Assembly (NCBI GenBank): GCA_964490365.1
Contig: CAZBAG010000001.1
Coordinates: 129,512-193,511 of the forward strand
Direction: 5' to 3'
Length of the DNA stretch: 64,000 nucleotides
From: an uncultured Candidatus Saccharibacteria bacterium
GTDB taxonomy: Bacteria; Patescibacteriota; Minisyncoccia; Phycocordibacterales; CSBR16-119
The position numbers and the translations under genes are program-made. Numbering within the stretch: the first letter of the stretch is position 1; the number at the start of each line of letters is the position of its first letter. The notes beneath the pieces were generated by a model. It ran no database searches. It had not been told where the DNA came from and saw nothing but the letters and a program-made list of their open reading frames with translations. This document shows, piece by piece, positions 53,902-63,763 of this stretch.

Positions 53902-54901
53902 GCTTCTTGAAATGCTTTGAATTTTGAAGATTTACAAGAATAGTATTTCGCTTGAGGAAGCGTTCTTTAAGCACCGCATCAACAACTTCATCTTTTGTCA
54001 TTGGTCCATGTGTTACCAAGATGTCTTTGATAACATCTCGTACAATACCTGGTTTATAGCCCCATTCTCGAAGAGCATATTTACCTCGGCCAACAAGCAC
54101 AAATCGTGGATCTTTAATGAGCTCATTGTGTGTTGTTGCGGCAAGTGTTTTCTTGCCAAATGTTTTTGTGATCGCCTCTGCAACTTCTTTAAAGTGCATT
54201 GGTTCTCCGTGTTTTCGAAGCACTAAAAATGTATAGTCTTTTACTCCTCGTGTTTTTACATTTTTTGATTCTGCTCGCCCCCACTCATTGAGAGGATTTT
54301 TAGCAATTTTTTTCGAAAGTCTGAGCCATCGTCGTAGAATTTCTTCATCTCGATATTCGTCAGAAACATCTTTTACGTTTTTAAGGAAACGATTGATCAT
54401 TTCACTTTCAGCTACGAGCTCATCTGCACTGAGAGATTTGTACAGATTTTTAAGAGCATCATGAATAGTATTGGCAGTTTCATCTTCGACAACCCATCGT
54501 GTTTTAAACTGATCATCTTCTTTGTGTTGCGTGAAAGCATCACCAAGCACGAGGTAAAAGTTAATATGGTTTTGTGTAGATTCATCTCCAGAAATGTGTT
54601 CGAGAAGTTCATCTTCGTGAACAACTGAACCAAGAGATTCTACTAATTGTTTAAGTTCTGCAAACACTGCATCCTCTGACTTCATGACTTCTGATTTTCG
54701 GATAGATGAAAGAGCAGCATTTTCTATTTGCCGTACTCGTTCTCGAGTGATCCCGTATTTTTGTCCAATTGCTTCAAGAGTTTTTCTCTTTGTGTCTTCT
54801 CCAAGACCGTATCGATTTGAAATAATATCAAGCGATCGATCCTTAAGAACAGACAGAAGCTTTTTGCTTACATGCTTTGGTCTAAATGAAATAATTGCCA
54901 T
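53870..54901 (-). CDS. DNA-binding protein with a sigma-70 region-4-like HTH (N-terminal) and a HARE-HTH (C-terminal)
   Basis: YGITRERVRQIENAALSSIRK is sigma r4-like. The C-terminal ...VGRGKYALREWGY is typical of a HARE-HTH. Confidence 0.5.
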   Translation of the reverse strand: MAIISFRPKHVSKKLLSVLKDRSLDIISNRYGLGEDTKRKTLEAIGQKYGITRERVRQIENAALSSIRKSEVMKSEDAVFAELKQLVESLGSVVHEDELLEHISGDESTQNHINFYLVLGDAFTQHKEDDQFKTRWVVEDETANTIHDALKNLYKSLSADELVAESEMINRFLKNVKDVSDEYRDEEILRRWLRLSKKIAKNPLNEWGRAESKNVKTRGVKDYTFLVLRKHGEPMHFKEVAEAITKTFGKKTLAATTHNELIKDPRFVLVGRGKYALREWGYKPGIVRDVIKDILVTHGPMTKDEVVDAVLKERFLKRNTILVNLQNSKHFKKLGDGKYTALK

Positions 54902-54975
54902 ACGTATTAACTGTTACTATAAGGTGAAATTATTCTAGCATTAATACAATTTTATGTCAAATCTTTGTCAAGAGC

Positions 54976-56067
54976 CTAGAAAAGCTTGGCAATGTCGCGG
55001 AAGGTAATAAACACCATGAGTGTAATGAGGATTAAGAACCCAATTGAGTTCAGCGCATTGGCAACTTTTGGCGAAATTGGGCCACCTTTTACCTTCTCAA
55101 CGAGTAAAAAGAGGATTCTTCCTCCATCGAGCGCAGGAAATGGAATAAGGTTAATCACTCCAAGATTGACCGAAATCAGAGCGACGAACATGAGAAGATA
55201 CACGAGACCTAGGTTGCTTGCGTCACCAACCAAAGAAACAATGCCAACAGGGCCAGTAAGTTGGGACACGTCTGCCTGTCCTTTAAATGCGTCGATAATC
55301 AGTATTACCAGACCAACAGCAATTTGCATAATCATTTCACCTGCGACTTTAAAACTTTCAAGAAAAGCTTTGAGAAAAGGTGGCTTATAGATGCCGACTG
55401 TTTGTAATCCAACACCAATTGCTGGTTTTTCATCGATAGTAAAGTCACCGATCGTAATAACTCGTTCAACAATATTTCCATCTCGGACAAATGTTACGTC
55501 AACGAAATTATTTTTTGTAGTGTTCATGCCTGAAAAATCAACATCAGTCAGTGATGTGTATGTTTTATTTTCAAAAGAAACACCTTTCACCACATCACCA
55601 ACCATGACCCCTGCACGATCCGCGGGAGAATCTTCGATCACTTCGGTAACCACCGTTTGTATATTTTTAATATGTGCTTCATTTCGTGAATCAACCGCTG
55701 AAGGAAGACCGATGAAAAGGATAGCGAGCACGATAACCCATGCAAACAAGAAATTAAACAGCGGACCCGCAAACATCACCGTTGCCTGAGCAAATCTTGA
55801 TTTACTCGTTAACGCCATCTGCTTTCCTTCCCCGTGAAGCGATTCGTCACTTTGGTCTTCTCCAAAAATTTTTACAAAACCGCCAAACGGAATCCAGTTT
55901 AAGGTAAAGAGTGTTCCCTTTCTTTTAAAGAGCACTTTTGCGCGAGGTGGATACCCTAGTCCAAACTCATCAACTCGAATACCCCATTTTTTTGCAACGA
56001 TAAAATGACCGTATTCGTGGACGATGATAAGTACTGCAAGTATAAGTATGAAGATAAGGATAGACAT
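54976..56067 (-). CDS. rseP: Site-2 zinc metalloprotease RseP
   Basis: HEYGHF (HExxH) in TM1, a PDZ domain and a C-terminal TM bundle. Confidence 0.8.
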   Translation of the reverse strand: MSILIFILILAVLIIVHEYGHFIVAKKWGIRVDEFGLGYPPRAKVLFKRKGTLFTLNWIPFGGFVKIFGEDQSDESLHGEGKQMALTSKSRFAQATVMFAGPLFNFLFAWVIVLAILFIGLPSAVDSRNEAHIKNIQTVVTEVIEDSPADRAGVMVGDVVKGVSFENKTYTSLTDVDFSGMNTTKNNFVDVTFVRDGNIVERVITIGDFTIDEKPAIGVGLQTVGIYKPPFLKAFLESFKVAGEMIMQIAVGLVILIIDAFKGQADVSQLTGPVGIVSLVGDASNLGLVYLLMFVALISVNLGVINLIPFPALDGGRILFLLVEKVKGGPISPKVANALNSIGFLILITLMVFITFRDIAKLF

Positions 56068-56621
56068 TATTGAGCGAGCACTACCGATTCTTTTTGCGAA
56101 AAGATTTCTTCGAGTGTTTTATTAACTTCGTCGACAGCTTTTTGAACTTCGTTCTTTGCAAATTTTACATCGTCTTCAGACATACTCGCATCTGCTTTTC
56201 GAGCCTCAACATCTTTCATGGCAGTTTCTCGCTCTTTACGAACAGAAATACGAGCATCTTCAAGTTTGCCCTTCAAAACCTTCACAAGCTTTTCTCTTGT
56301 CTCGCCCGTAAGCGCTGGGAAAATAACTCGAAGACCAGAATCATCGGTTGCCACAGAAAGTCCAATATCCGAAGTAATAATCGAGTTTTCAATTTCTTTC
56401 ATTTGGCTTTTGTCCCATGGAACAACGCGAAGTGTTTTTGGATCTTCAATAGAAATCGAAGCCACGTTTTTTACTGGTTGACGTGTACCATATGAATTAA
56501 CGGTAATTCCATCAAGCACCGAAGGATTTGCCTGACCCGTATGAAGTGAAGAATACTCTTTTCGAAGCCATTCACTGATTTTAGCCAAATCAGCCTTTAG
56601 CGATGTTGTATTGTATGTCAT
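56067..56621 (-). CDS. frr: Ribosome recycling factor
   Basis: RRF family sequence; the start is taken at MTYNTTSLKADL. Confidence 0.8.
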   Translation of the reverse strand: MTYNTTSLKADLAKISEWLRKEYSSLHTGQANPSVLDGITVNSYGTRQPVKNVASISIEDPKTLRVVPWDKSQMKEIENSIITSDIGLSVATDDSGLRVIFPALTGETREKLVKVLKGKLEDARISVRKERETAMKDVEARKADASMSEDDVKFAKNEVQKAVDEVNKTLEEIFSQKESVVLAQ

Positions 56622-56687
56622 ATACCACCATAGTAGCAAAAAGTAAGAAATTACAGAAGGGGTCAAGAGCCCCGAAGAAAACAGTGC

Positions 56688-57362
56688 CTAGAGAGTCAAC
56701 GCCAAGAGCTCTAATAGATTTTTTACTGAAGCTCCTTGGTCATGCAGATAATCTTTTACTTTCCACAGTAACGAAATATCAAAAAGGTGTTTATCATCTC
56801 TTTTTGAAAGACTCTGTTCTAATTCATTAATAAAAGAAACTGCGTAGACCTTAAGCGAAATACTTGTTTCTTCCTTTTCAAATTTTTTAATAATCTGACC
56901 AATGATTAAAAGTCTGTCTTCTTTTTCACTTGCTATAAATTCTTCTACTTGTTTTTGGATTTCTTTACTCGAAGATTCTTCTTTTTGGATTTCAAGATCG
57001 ATGAGTCGTGAACGGAGTGTCGGAAGGAGTATTGCAATGACCGGAGTAATGAGAAAAAAGTGAACACCCGTTGCAGGCTCTTCAAAAACTTTCAAAAGCG
57101 CATGCTGAGATTGGTGTGAAAGATACTCTGCCACAATCACAATTATTTTTCTGTCACCCATCACAGGCTTTTCTGATTGAAAAACTTTAATTTCGCGAGC
57201 ATCGTCAATCGTAAATGTTTCTACGTGCTTAGTGATAACGTCTGGATTGTTTTGAACAACAAACCCAATATCTACCAAACCATCCAAGAAACGCTCTAAA
57301 ATACTCGTCTCTCGTGCAACAAGATACGCATGGTGAAGATTTTCTTTTTGTAACGTAAACAT
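56688..57362 (-). CDS. holB: DNA polymerase III delta-prime-like clamp-loader subunit
   Basis: The sensor motif ...LLKVFEEPATGVHFFLIT...LPTLRSR is typical of delta-prime/AAA+ clamp loaders. The start is taken at MFTLQKENLHHAYLV. Confidence 0.5.
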   Translation of the reverse strand: MFTLQKENLHHAYLVARETSILERFLDGLVDIGFVVQNNPDVITKHVETFTIDDAREIKVFQSEKPVMGDRKIIVIVAEYLSHQSQHALLKVFEEPATGVHFFLITPVIAILLPTLRSRLIDLEIQKEESSSKEIQKQVEEFIASEKEDRLLIIGQIIKKFEKEETSISLKVYAVSFINELEQSLSKRDDKHLFDISLLWKVKDYLHDQGASVKNLLELLALTL

Positions 57363-57363
57363 A

Positions 57364-58377
57364 TTAACGTTTAGCAATAATTGAACGTTTATAGGTATCG
57401 AGGTGTTCAAGAGCAATACCTGTTCCCTTCACCACACAAAAGAGTGGATCGTCGGCCAATCTTGCTTTTACTCCTGTTCGTCGATAAACGAGTTCCGGCA
57501 GATTACGAAGCATCGATGAACCACCTGTCATTATTATACCCTGATCAATAATATCACTCGCTAACTCTGGCGGAGTTTCTTGCAATACATCTTTAATAGC
57601 TTTGATAATAAGTTTTAGTTCTTTATCGATAGCCTGCACAATTTCATTGGTCGTAATCCGAGCAGTTCGTGGCAAACCTTGCACAAAATCTCGTCCTTTA
57701 ATGGTTGCAACGAGAGGCTCTTCTAGTGTAATCGCTGAGCCAATTTTAATTTTTACTTGCTCTGCAGTTCTATCACCAATAGCAAGATTAAATGTTTTTT
57801 TAATATAGTCGGCAATAGCATGATCAATTTTATTTCCAGCACACTTTACTGAGTTTGCTGCAACAATACCTCCAAGAGAGATCACTGCCACGTCAGTGGT
57901 ACCGCCACCAATATCAACCACCATGTGCCCTTTTGATTCATGAATAGGAATACCGGCGCCAATAGCTGCCAAGATTGGCTCTTTCACCACGTACGCATTT
58001 TTTGCTCCAGCCTTAATAGCTGCTTCAACAACAGCACGCCTCTCTGTTGAAGTAACTCCTGCTGGTACTGAGATCATCACTTCTGGTTTAATGAGGCTAA
58101 ACGACCCCAGAGCTTTGTTCATAAAATAGCGGAGCATTGCTTCAGTTACACGATAGTCAGCAATAACACCATCTTTCATGGGACGATACGCAATAATATT
58201 TTCTGGGGTACGGCCTATCATTTGTTTTGCTTCAAGACCAATAGCTAAGATTTTATTATCTTGTTCTGACACAGCGACGACTGCTGGTTCATTTAAGACG
58301 ATTCCTTTGCCCGGCACAAAAACAAGCGTATTCGCTGTTCCAAGGTCTATTCCCAATTTTTTAGAGAAAAATCCCAT
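57364..58377 (-). CDS. mreB: Rod shape-determining protein MreB
   Basis: An actin-fold protein of the MreB family (…LGIDLGTANTLV…). Confidence 0.9.
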   Translation of the reverse strand: MGFFSKKLGIDLGTANTLVFVPGKGIVLNEPAVVAVSEQDNKILAIGLEAKQMIGRTPENIIAYRPMKDGVIADYRVTEAMLRYFMNKALGSFSLIKPEVMISVPAGVTSTERRAVVEAAIKAGAKNAYVVKEPILAAIGAGIPIHESKGHMVVDIGGGTTDVAVISLGGIVAANSVKCAGNKIDHAIADYIKKTFNLAIGDRTAEQVKIKIGSAITLEEPLVATIKGRDFVQGLPRTARITTNEIVQAIDKELKLIIKAIKDVLQETPPELASDIIDQGIIMTGGSSMLRNLPELVYRRTGVKARLADDPLFCVVKGTGIALEHLDTYKRSIIAKR

Positions 58378-58437
58378 AAGGTAGAGGGATTATAGCATAC
58401 TTAAAATAACTATGAAAAATAAGATTTTTATGGTATT

Positions 58438-58779
58438 TTGAAGACAAACCACAGCACAATGCCGACCCCAAATGAAGCACTCTCCAATCAAGCATTTATT
58501 GAACACTTTTCAGAAGGCTTACTCATTGACTTTAAGCGTTTCGATTTTAAAAATGCTGACAAACTAGAACCCCTGCTTACGCATATAGGTGGGAAGGCGG
58601 TTATGTTGGAGTTCAGAAAACACCGCAGCATAACCAAAGAGGATTTGTGTTGGTCATTCGTTGATCTTGAAGTGGCAAGGACACTTATAAAGATGCATCT
58701 TTTCCACATACAAGAGAATATAGTGATTCGTTTCGAATCAACAGACATCATTAGGGTTTGTCTCTACGTACGCTCGTAA
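58438..58779 (+). CDS. Hypothetical protein (113 aa)
   Basis: A C/A-rich leader (gaagacaaaccacagcacaATG) and a hairpin terminator, but no clear consensus promoter. Possibly another cassette-class gene. Confidence 0.4.
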   Translation: MKTNHSTMPTPNEALSNQAFIEHFSEGLLIDFKRFDFKNADKLEPLLTHIGGKAVMLEFRKHRSITKEDLCWSFVDLEVARTLIKMHLFHIQENIVIRFESTDIIRVCLYVRS

Positions 58780-58797
58780 ACCGAGCGTACTTTTTTA
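58769..58797. terminator. Hairpin terminator (gtacgctcg taaac cgagcgtac followed by ttttttatt)
   Basis: A perfect 9-bp stem. Confidence 0.5.
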
Positions 58798-59538
58798 TTC
58801 AGAAAACTTTTCTAGTTTATGTTTTTTCATTGCCTCTTTGTGCCCCACAAGAAAATCTTTAAATTCTTCTTTGTCTTGAATATCAGCACTCATATTTTTC
58901 TGTGTCGGAATATCAAATATTTTTGCAGGATCAATTACAACAATATTCCCCTTGTCGTCACGAAATTCTATTTGAAGATGCAGATGCACGTGAACCCCTT
59001 CTGAGTTCCCCGAACTACCCATGCCACCAAGAGTAGTGTCTTCTTTAATCTCGATAGTTGGATAGTGATTGAAGCTTACTTGTCGTAACATTTTTTGATA
59101 TGAAGAAAACTTTACCTGTACATTTTTTAAGTGCATATAAATTGAATAGAGTTTAAAACCATCTTCAGTCAGAACTTCTGGATGTGAAAGAAAAACATAG
59201 TTTCCGTTCACCAGACCAAAACCAGAATATTCTAAGACACCTTTCAGAATCGGAGTTATGGGTGTCTTTGCTTTCCCGCTAATGTCTATACCGAGATGAA
59301 AATATTTTGGTTCATGTTTTGTAGGATGAAAACGAAAACCAAAATAACCAAAGTAAGGATTAATATGTTCTTCACTTCGAACTACGGGAAATGAAAAAAG
59401 AAAACGCGTTCGTAGTAACGTGTAGAATGCTTCCCAAAACTCATCATATTCGTCGTTCGGAACCAAGTGTTTGTCTTTACCTGCATCTCTGCCAGGACGA
59501 ACATGGGTCATGTCTAAAATAGATGGCAAATGCTCCAT
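58795..59538 (-). CDS. M23-family (LytM-domain) metallopeptidase
   Basis: HLGIDISG and ...GVHVHLHLQ match the HxxxD and HxH motifs. Confidence 0.75.
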   Translation of the reverse strand: MEHLPSILDMTHVRPGRDAGKDKHLVPNDEYDEFWEAFYTLLRTRFLFSFPVVRSEEHINPYFGYFGFRFHPTKHEPKYFHLGIDISGKAKTPITPILKGVLEYSGFGLVNGNYVFLSHPEVLTEDGFKLYSIYMHLKNVQVKFSSYQKMLRQVSFNHYPTIEIKEDTTLGGMGSSGNSEGVHVHLHLQIEFRDDKGNIVVIDPAKIFDIPTQKNMSADIQDKEEFKDFLVGHKEAMKKHKLEKFSE

Positions 59539-59602
59539 AAACTCAATTCTACCATGTGTGTCAACCTATTTAAAACGATGGTGTTAGTGCTAAAATGCCA
59601 GT

Positions 59603-61510
59603 ATGAAGCTTGTTACGATTATCCCATTTTTAAAAACACTCACCACAGAAACACTGACATATTTCTCTGGCAAAGAAGTGTCTATTGGAGATATTGTGGT
59701 GGCTCCACTCCGAAACAAACATATTGAAGGAATGATAACGAACGTTGAAGAAGTAAGTACACAAAAAGGAGACGTAAAAGATGCAGAATTTCATTTAAAA
59801 AAAATAAAAGAGGTGCGCGGCACATCTGTTTTTTTACCTTCATTTATTACCTCATGCGAACTTATTAAAGATTATTTTGTTGCAAATACTGGACAATTAC
59901 TCAACACCCTCATACCAAATGTACTCCTTGCCTATTATGAAGATCTAAAAAAAGAAAAAGTAAACGACCATATTCGCGGGCCATTAGCTAGAGAAAAGTA
60001 TGCTTTCCAAGCACCAACAGAAGACAGGCTCGTTATCTACAAAACCTACATACGTGAATCATTCGCAAAAAAAGAGTCTGTGTATTTGTGCTTCCCTACA
60101 GTGAGCGAAGCAAAATATTTTTATGACATTCTTCATAAAGGAATTGAAGATTATTCTTTTTTTCTTCACGGAAGCGTACCTAAAAAAGATTTTGTAATGA
60201 GTTACAACAGCATCGTTAGTAGTGAACACCCTATTGTGCTTTTTAGTACGCCAAGTTTTTTCTGCATACCACGAAATGATTTTGGCACCATTATTCTTGA
60301 ACGTGAAAGTTCAAGCTCGTATGTATCACTACAAAAACCATATCTCGATGCACGTATTTTTGCTGAAGCACTTTCATACGAACAAAACACAAAAATTATT
60401 TTTGCCGACTCAATCCTTCGGAGCGAAACAATCTGGAGAACAAAAGTAGGAGAACTTGCTGAATTCAGGCCTCTGAACTTTCGTCTTCCAGAAAAAGAAG
60501 AGGAAGAGATTATTAACATGAAAGAAAACACTGACAAAGATTTTCAGATTATTTCACGGAAAGTGTTTCAAAAAATAAAAGAAAATATTCAAACTGGCAA
60601 ACAGATGATTTTATTTACCCTGAGGAAAGGCTATGCCACAACAACCATTTGCAATGATTGTGGGACGGTTGTAACAGAAAATGGCGAACCTCTTATTTTA
60701 TTCGAAGATCGAGAACGTGGGATTCGATACTTCAAAGCAACAAAAAGTAAGAAGGTGCTCAGTGCGGAAAGACTGTGTGATCACTGCGGAAGCTGGAATC
60801 TTATTGCCCTTGGTATTGGAACACAAAAAGTGTACGAGGAAGTATCGCACATTGTAAGTAAAGAAAAAATCTTCCTCCTTGATAAAGAAGAGGCTGGAAC
60901 AGAAAAACGTGCTGAGAAAATTGTTCGCGACTTTGAAGGAACCCCTGGGTCGATTCTTGTCACCACCGAGATGGCACTCTTTTACTTAAAAAAAGATGTT
61001 GATACTGTAGCAGTTGTTTCATTCGATAGTCTGTTTAATATTCCGCATTACAATATTTATGAAAAAATAATTGATCTTGTGGTCTCACTCAATTCGTACA
61101 CTAAGAAAAGTATGCTGGTACAGACAAGAAATTCTGATGAGAAAATTTTACATCACATACAGAATCGCAACCTGCTTCAGTTTTATAAAGATGATATTGA
61201 TCATAGAAAGCAGTATAAATATCCGCCCTTTTATACGCTTATCAAAGTAAGTTATGAAAGCAATCTACAAGAAAAGACTGAGGTAGTGGCATATCTTGAA
61301 GCAACCTATGGCTCCTACAGACCAGTTATTCATGAGCGAAGAGTAGGTAAGAACCAAGTAACTATTACTATGATCATACGTATTGAGAGACAAGGATGGC
61401 TAAACCGCTGCATCGCTGTTGAAGGGGTTCAGGACAAAGAACTTCTTGAAAAGCTGAGAACCCTTCCCTCATATTGGTCAATCCAGATAAATCCAAGCCA
61501 GTTGTTTTAG
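59603..61510 (+). CDS. priA: Primosomal protein N' (PriA)-like helicase with a degenerate Walker A motif
   Basis: PriA architecture including the Cys4 zinc cluster (CNDCG...CDHCG). The GxGKT position reads LCFPTVSEAKY. Confidence 0.6.
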   Translation: MKLVTIIPFLKTLTTETLTYFSGKEVSIGDIVVAPLRNKHIEGMITNVEEVSTQKGDVKDAEFHLKKIKEVRGTSVFLPSFITSCELIKDYFVANTGQLLNTLIPNVLLAYYEDLKKEKVNDHIRGPLAREKYAFQAPTEDRLVIYKTYIRESFAKKESVYLCFPTVSEAKYFYDILHKGIEDYSFFLHGSVPKKDFVMSYNSIVSSEHPIVLFSTPSFFCIPRNDFGTIILERESSSSYVSLQKPYLDARIFAEALSYEQNTKIIFADSILRSETIWRTKVGELAEFRPLNFRLPEKEEEEIINMKENTDKDFQIISRKVFQKIKENIQTGKQMILFTLRKGYATTTICNDCGTVVTENGEPLILFEDRERGIRYFKATKSKKVLSAERLCDHCGSWNLIALGIGTQKVYEEVSHIVSKEKIFLLDKEEAGTEKRAEKIVRDFEGTPGSILVTTEMALFYLKKDVDTVAVVSFDSLFNIPHYNIYEKIIDLVVSLNSYTKKSMLVQTRNSDEKILHHIQNRNLLQFYKDDIDHRKQYKYPPFYTLIKVSYESNLQEKTEVVAYLEATYGSYRPVIHERRVGKNQVTITMIIRIERQGWLNRCIAVEGVQDKELLEKLRTLPSYWSIQINPSQLF

Positions 61511-61585
61511 TATAACTAGAGAGGGTTAGAAAAGGTAGGAAAAGCCTTGCATTCCCTAAAATACTATGTTAATCTATCGAGACAT

Positions 61586-61813
61586 ATGGCAAAAGCGTTA
61601 ATACAAGTAGCAAAAAAACAAGGTGAAAACAGTGCAAGTCTTATGCGCCGTTTTTCTCGTAAGGCAAAAGATTCTGGTCTTGTAAAAAAGGTTAGATCAC
61701 TTCGCTATGCAGAACGAAAACTCTCTGCATTCGTTCTTAAGAAAAATGCTCTCAAAAGAATTAGCCGACAAGCAGAACGAGAACACCTACAAAAAATGGG
61801 TAAAATCAAATAA
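61586..61813 (+). CDS. rpsU: 30S ribosomal protein S21-like
   Basis: A short basic protein (...LMRRFSRKAKDSGLVKKVRSLRYAERK...) with S21-like spacing. Confidence 0.45.
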   Translation: MAKALIQVAKKQGENSASLMRRFSRKAKDSGLVKKVRSLRYAERKLSAFVLKKNALKRISRQAEREHLQKMGKIK

Positions 61814-62208
61814 TGAACATTATTGAGGCGCACAATCTCACTGTACAACGAATGACAAAAGGCAAGCTTCCCGGCTTGCCTTTTGTTCGTATGAAAGAGC
61901 AGATACTCGGAAAAAACTACGTAGTAAGTATTACATTTGTTCACAAACACACCATAGAAACCTTAAGTAAGAAATTTAAAGGCAACAAAGATCACAAAAA
62001 CATCTTGAGTTTCCCTCTTGATACACACTCTGGGGAAATTATTCTTAACCTAGAGACAATACGACGCGAAGCAAAGAATTTTGAAAAAACATACTTCAAT
62101 TATTTAGGGTTTTTAGTTATCCACGGAATGCTCCATTTGAAGGGAATGACACATGGTAGTAAAATGGAATCTGAAGAAAAAAAATTCGTAAAGATGTTTC
62201 ATCTTTAG
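61813..62208 (+). CDS. ybeY: rRNA maturation endoribonuclease YbeY
   Basis: The motif HGMLHLKGMTH matches the YbeY HxxxHxxGxxH site. Confidence 0.8.
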   Translation: MNIIEAHNLTVQRMTKGKLPGLPFVRMKEQILGKNYVVSITFVHKHTIETLSKKFKGNKDHKNILSFPLDTHSGEIILNLETIRREAKNFEKTYFNYLGFLVIHGMLHLKGMTHGSKMESEEKKFVKMFHL

Positions 62209-62230
62209 TTTTTCTTTGTGAAAAATTCCA

Positions 62231-63394
62231 ATGTCAAAAAATATCACAGTAGGAATAGATCTCGGTAGTCACTTGATCAAAGTGATGATTGTTGAGCATT
62301 TAAAAGAACGTGATAAAAAAACGTCTCGTATTATTGGTACCGGAAAATCAGAAGCTCGCGGTATCAAAAATGGATACATTAACGAACCTGAGGAAGTTGT
62401 GAGAAGTATTATGAAATCGGTTCGGGAAGCTGAACACCGCTCAGGTATTAAAATTCGCCAAGCAACGCTTGCGGTTGGCGGCATTAGTCTTGAATCAAAG
62501 CTTGCAAAAGGCACCGCGATTATTTCACGTGCTGATAATGAAGTCTCTGCTCTCGATGTTCAAAATGCCGTACGAGAAAGCGAACAAGGACTGAAACTTT
62601 TAAACCGACACGTTATTGATTCTATCCCCTACATGTATCGCCTCGATGGAAAAGATTTATACGGCAGACCTGAAGGTCTTCGAGGAGTAAAACTTGAAGT
62701 CACTAGTTTGTTTGTGACCTGTATTAACCAACATCTTGAAGCACTGGTGAATTCAGTAAACAACGCCGGTGTGGATGTTGTAGACGTTATTGCTGCCCCA
62801 CTTGCATCAAGTGTTGCCGTACTTTCAAATCAACAAAAAACTGCTGGTTGTATTCTGGTAGACATTGGCGCTGAAACGGTGTCTCTCTCAGTATTTGAAG
62901 ATGGAGATATTATTTCTATTAAAGTATTACCGCTCGGTGGTATGGATATTACAAAAGACTTAGCGCTTGGTCTGAAAATTAATCTTGATGAAGCAGAAAA
63001 AATTAAAAAAGGTGAAATTACTGGCAACTTTACCCAAAAAGATGTTGAAGAAATTGCCGAGGCTCGTATCACTGAATTTTTTGAAATTATTCAAAAGTAT
63101 TTAAAAAAGATTAACAAAGATGGACGACTTGCTGGTGGTGCAATTATTGTTGGGGGCGCAACAAATAACGAAATGACCGAACGTATTGCTAAAAATATTT
63201 TAAATTTACCAATCACTATGGCAGGATCAGTAGGATCTGGCGTTCTCAAAGACCCCGCATGGTATGTTGTGTATGGCCTCTGTATGTCTGGTAAATACAA
63301 CCAAGGACACAACAGCTATTCAAACCCTTTTGTTAAAATCATAAAATCTCTAGGCGACTTTTTCAAAAACCTTGGAAAACAATTAATGCCCTAA
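62231..63394 (+). CDS. ftsA: Cell division protein FtsA
   Basis: An actin-like fold with the FtsA 1C-subdomain; directly upstream of ftsZ. Confidence 0.8.
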   Translation: MSKNITVGIDLGSHLIKVMIVEHLKERDKKTSRIIGTGKSEARGIKNGYINEPEEVVRSIMKSVREAEHRSGIKIRQATLAVGGISLESKLAKGTAIISRADNEVSALDVQNAVRESEQGLKLLNRHVIDSIPYMYRLDGKDLYGRPEGLRGVKLEVTSLFVTCINQHLEALVNSVNNAGVDVVDVIAAPLASSVAVLSNQQKTAGCILVDIGAETVSLSVFEDGDIISIKVLPLGGMDITKDLALGLKINLDEAEKIKKGEITGNFTQKDVEEIAEARITEFFEIIQKYLKKINKDGRLAGGAIIVGGATNNEMTERIAKNILNLPITMAGSVGSGVLKDPAWYVVYGLCMSGKYNQGHNSYSNPFVKIIKSLGDFFKNLGKQLMP

Positions 63395-63398
63395 ATGA

Positions 63399-63428
63399 AA
63401 AAGCACTCCGCTGGCGGGGTGCTTTTTG
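63399..63428. terminator. Hairpin terminator after ftsA
   Basis: aagcactccgctggcggggtgc followed by tttttgtt. Confidence 0.5.
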
Positions 63429-63445
63429 TTGGTTCAGATCCTTAT

Positions 63446-63652
63446 TTAAATAATCTTCTTCTCAGTAACACTCAAACCAGCAAGGGCGAGAGCAATAAGT
63501 GAGAAAAGTACCAAGGGCCCAAAACCAAGCTTAGGAAACTGTATCCACGCAAACAGGACTGCAATCAATGCTACCAGGCATGGAATTCTATATTGTAAGC
63601 TCATGACTCTTAATTTTAGATTCGTTAGCTTCTTTTCGCGTAAATATATCAT
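63446..63652 (-). CDS. Small membrane protein
   Basis: Two TM helices; 68 aa. Confidence 0.35.
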   Translation of the reverse strand: MIYLREKKLTNLKLRVMSLQYRIPCLVALIAVLFAWIQFPKLGFGPLVLFSLIALALAGLSVTEKKII

Positions 63653-63763
63653 ACAAAAATATTTTTGTCAATCCTTTTCCCTGTTTTCGCTTTTCTGGTA
63701 TTATGTGTGAACACGATTATTACTAGAAATTCGAATTCACCCCGCCCTGGCGGAATTAACATA

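Noticed and set aside
59559-59564. TTGACA hexamer (minus strand) near the M23 peptidase start
   Set aside because: A 17-nt spacer places the -10 on top of the gene's ATG, so it cannot serve as this gene's promoter. It is probably a chance match.
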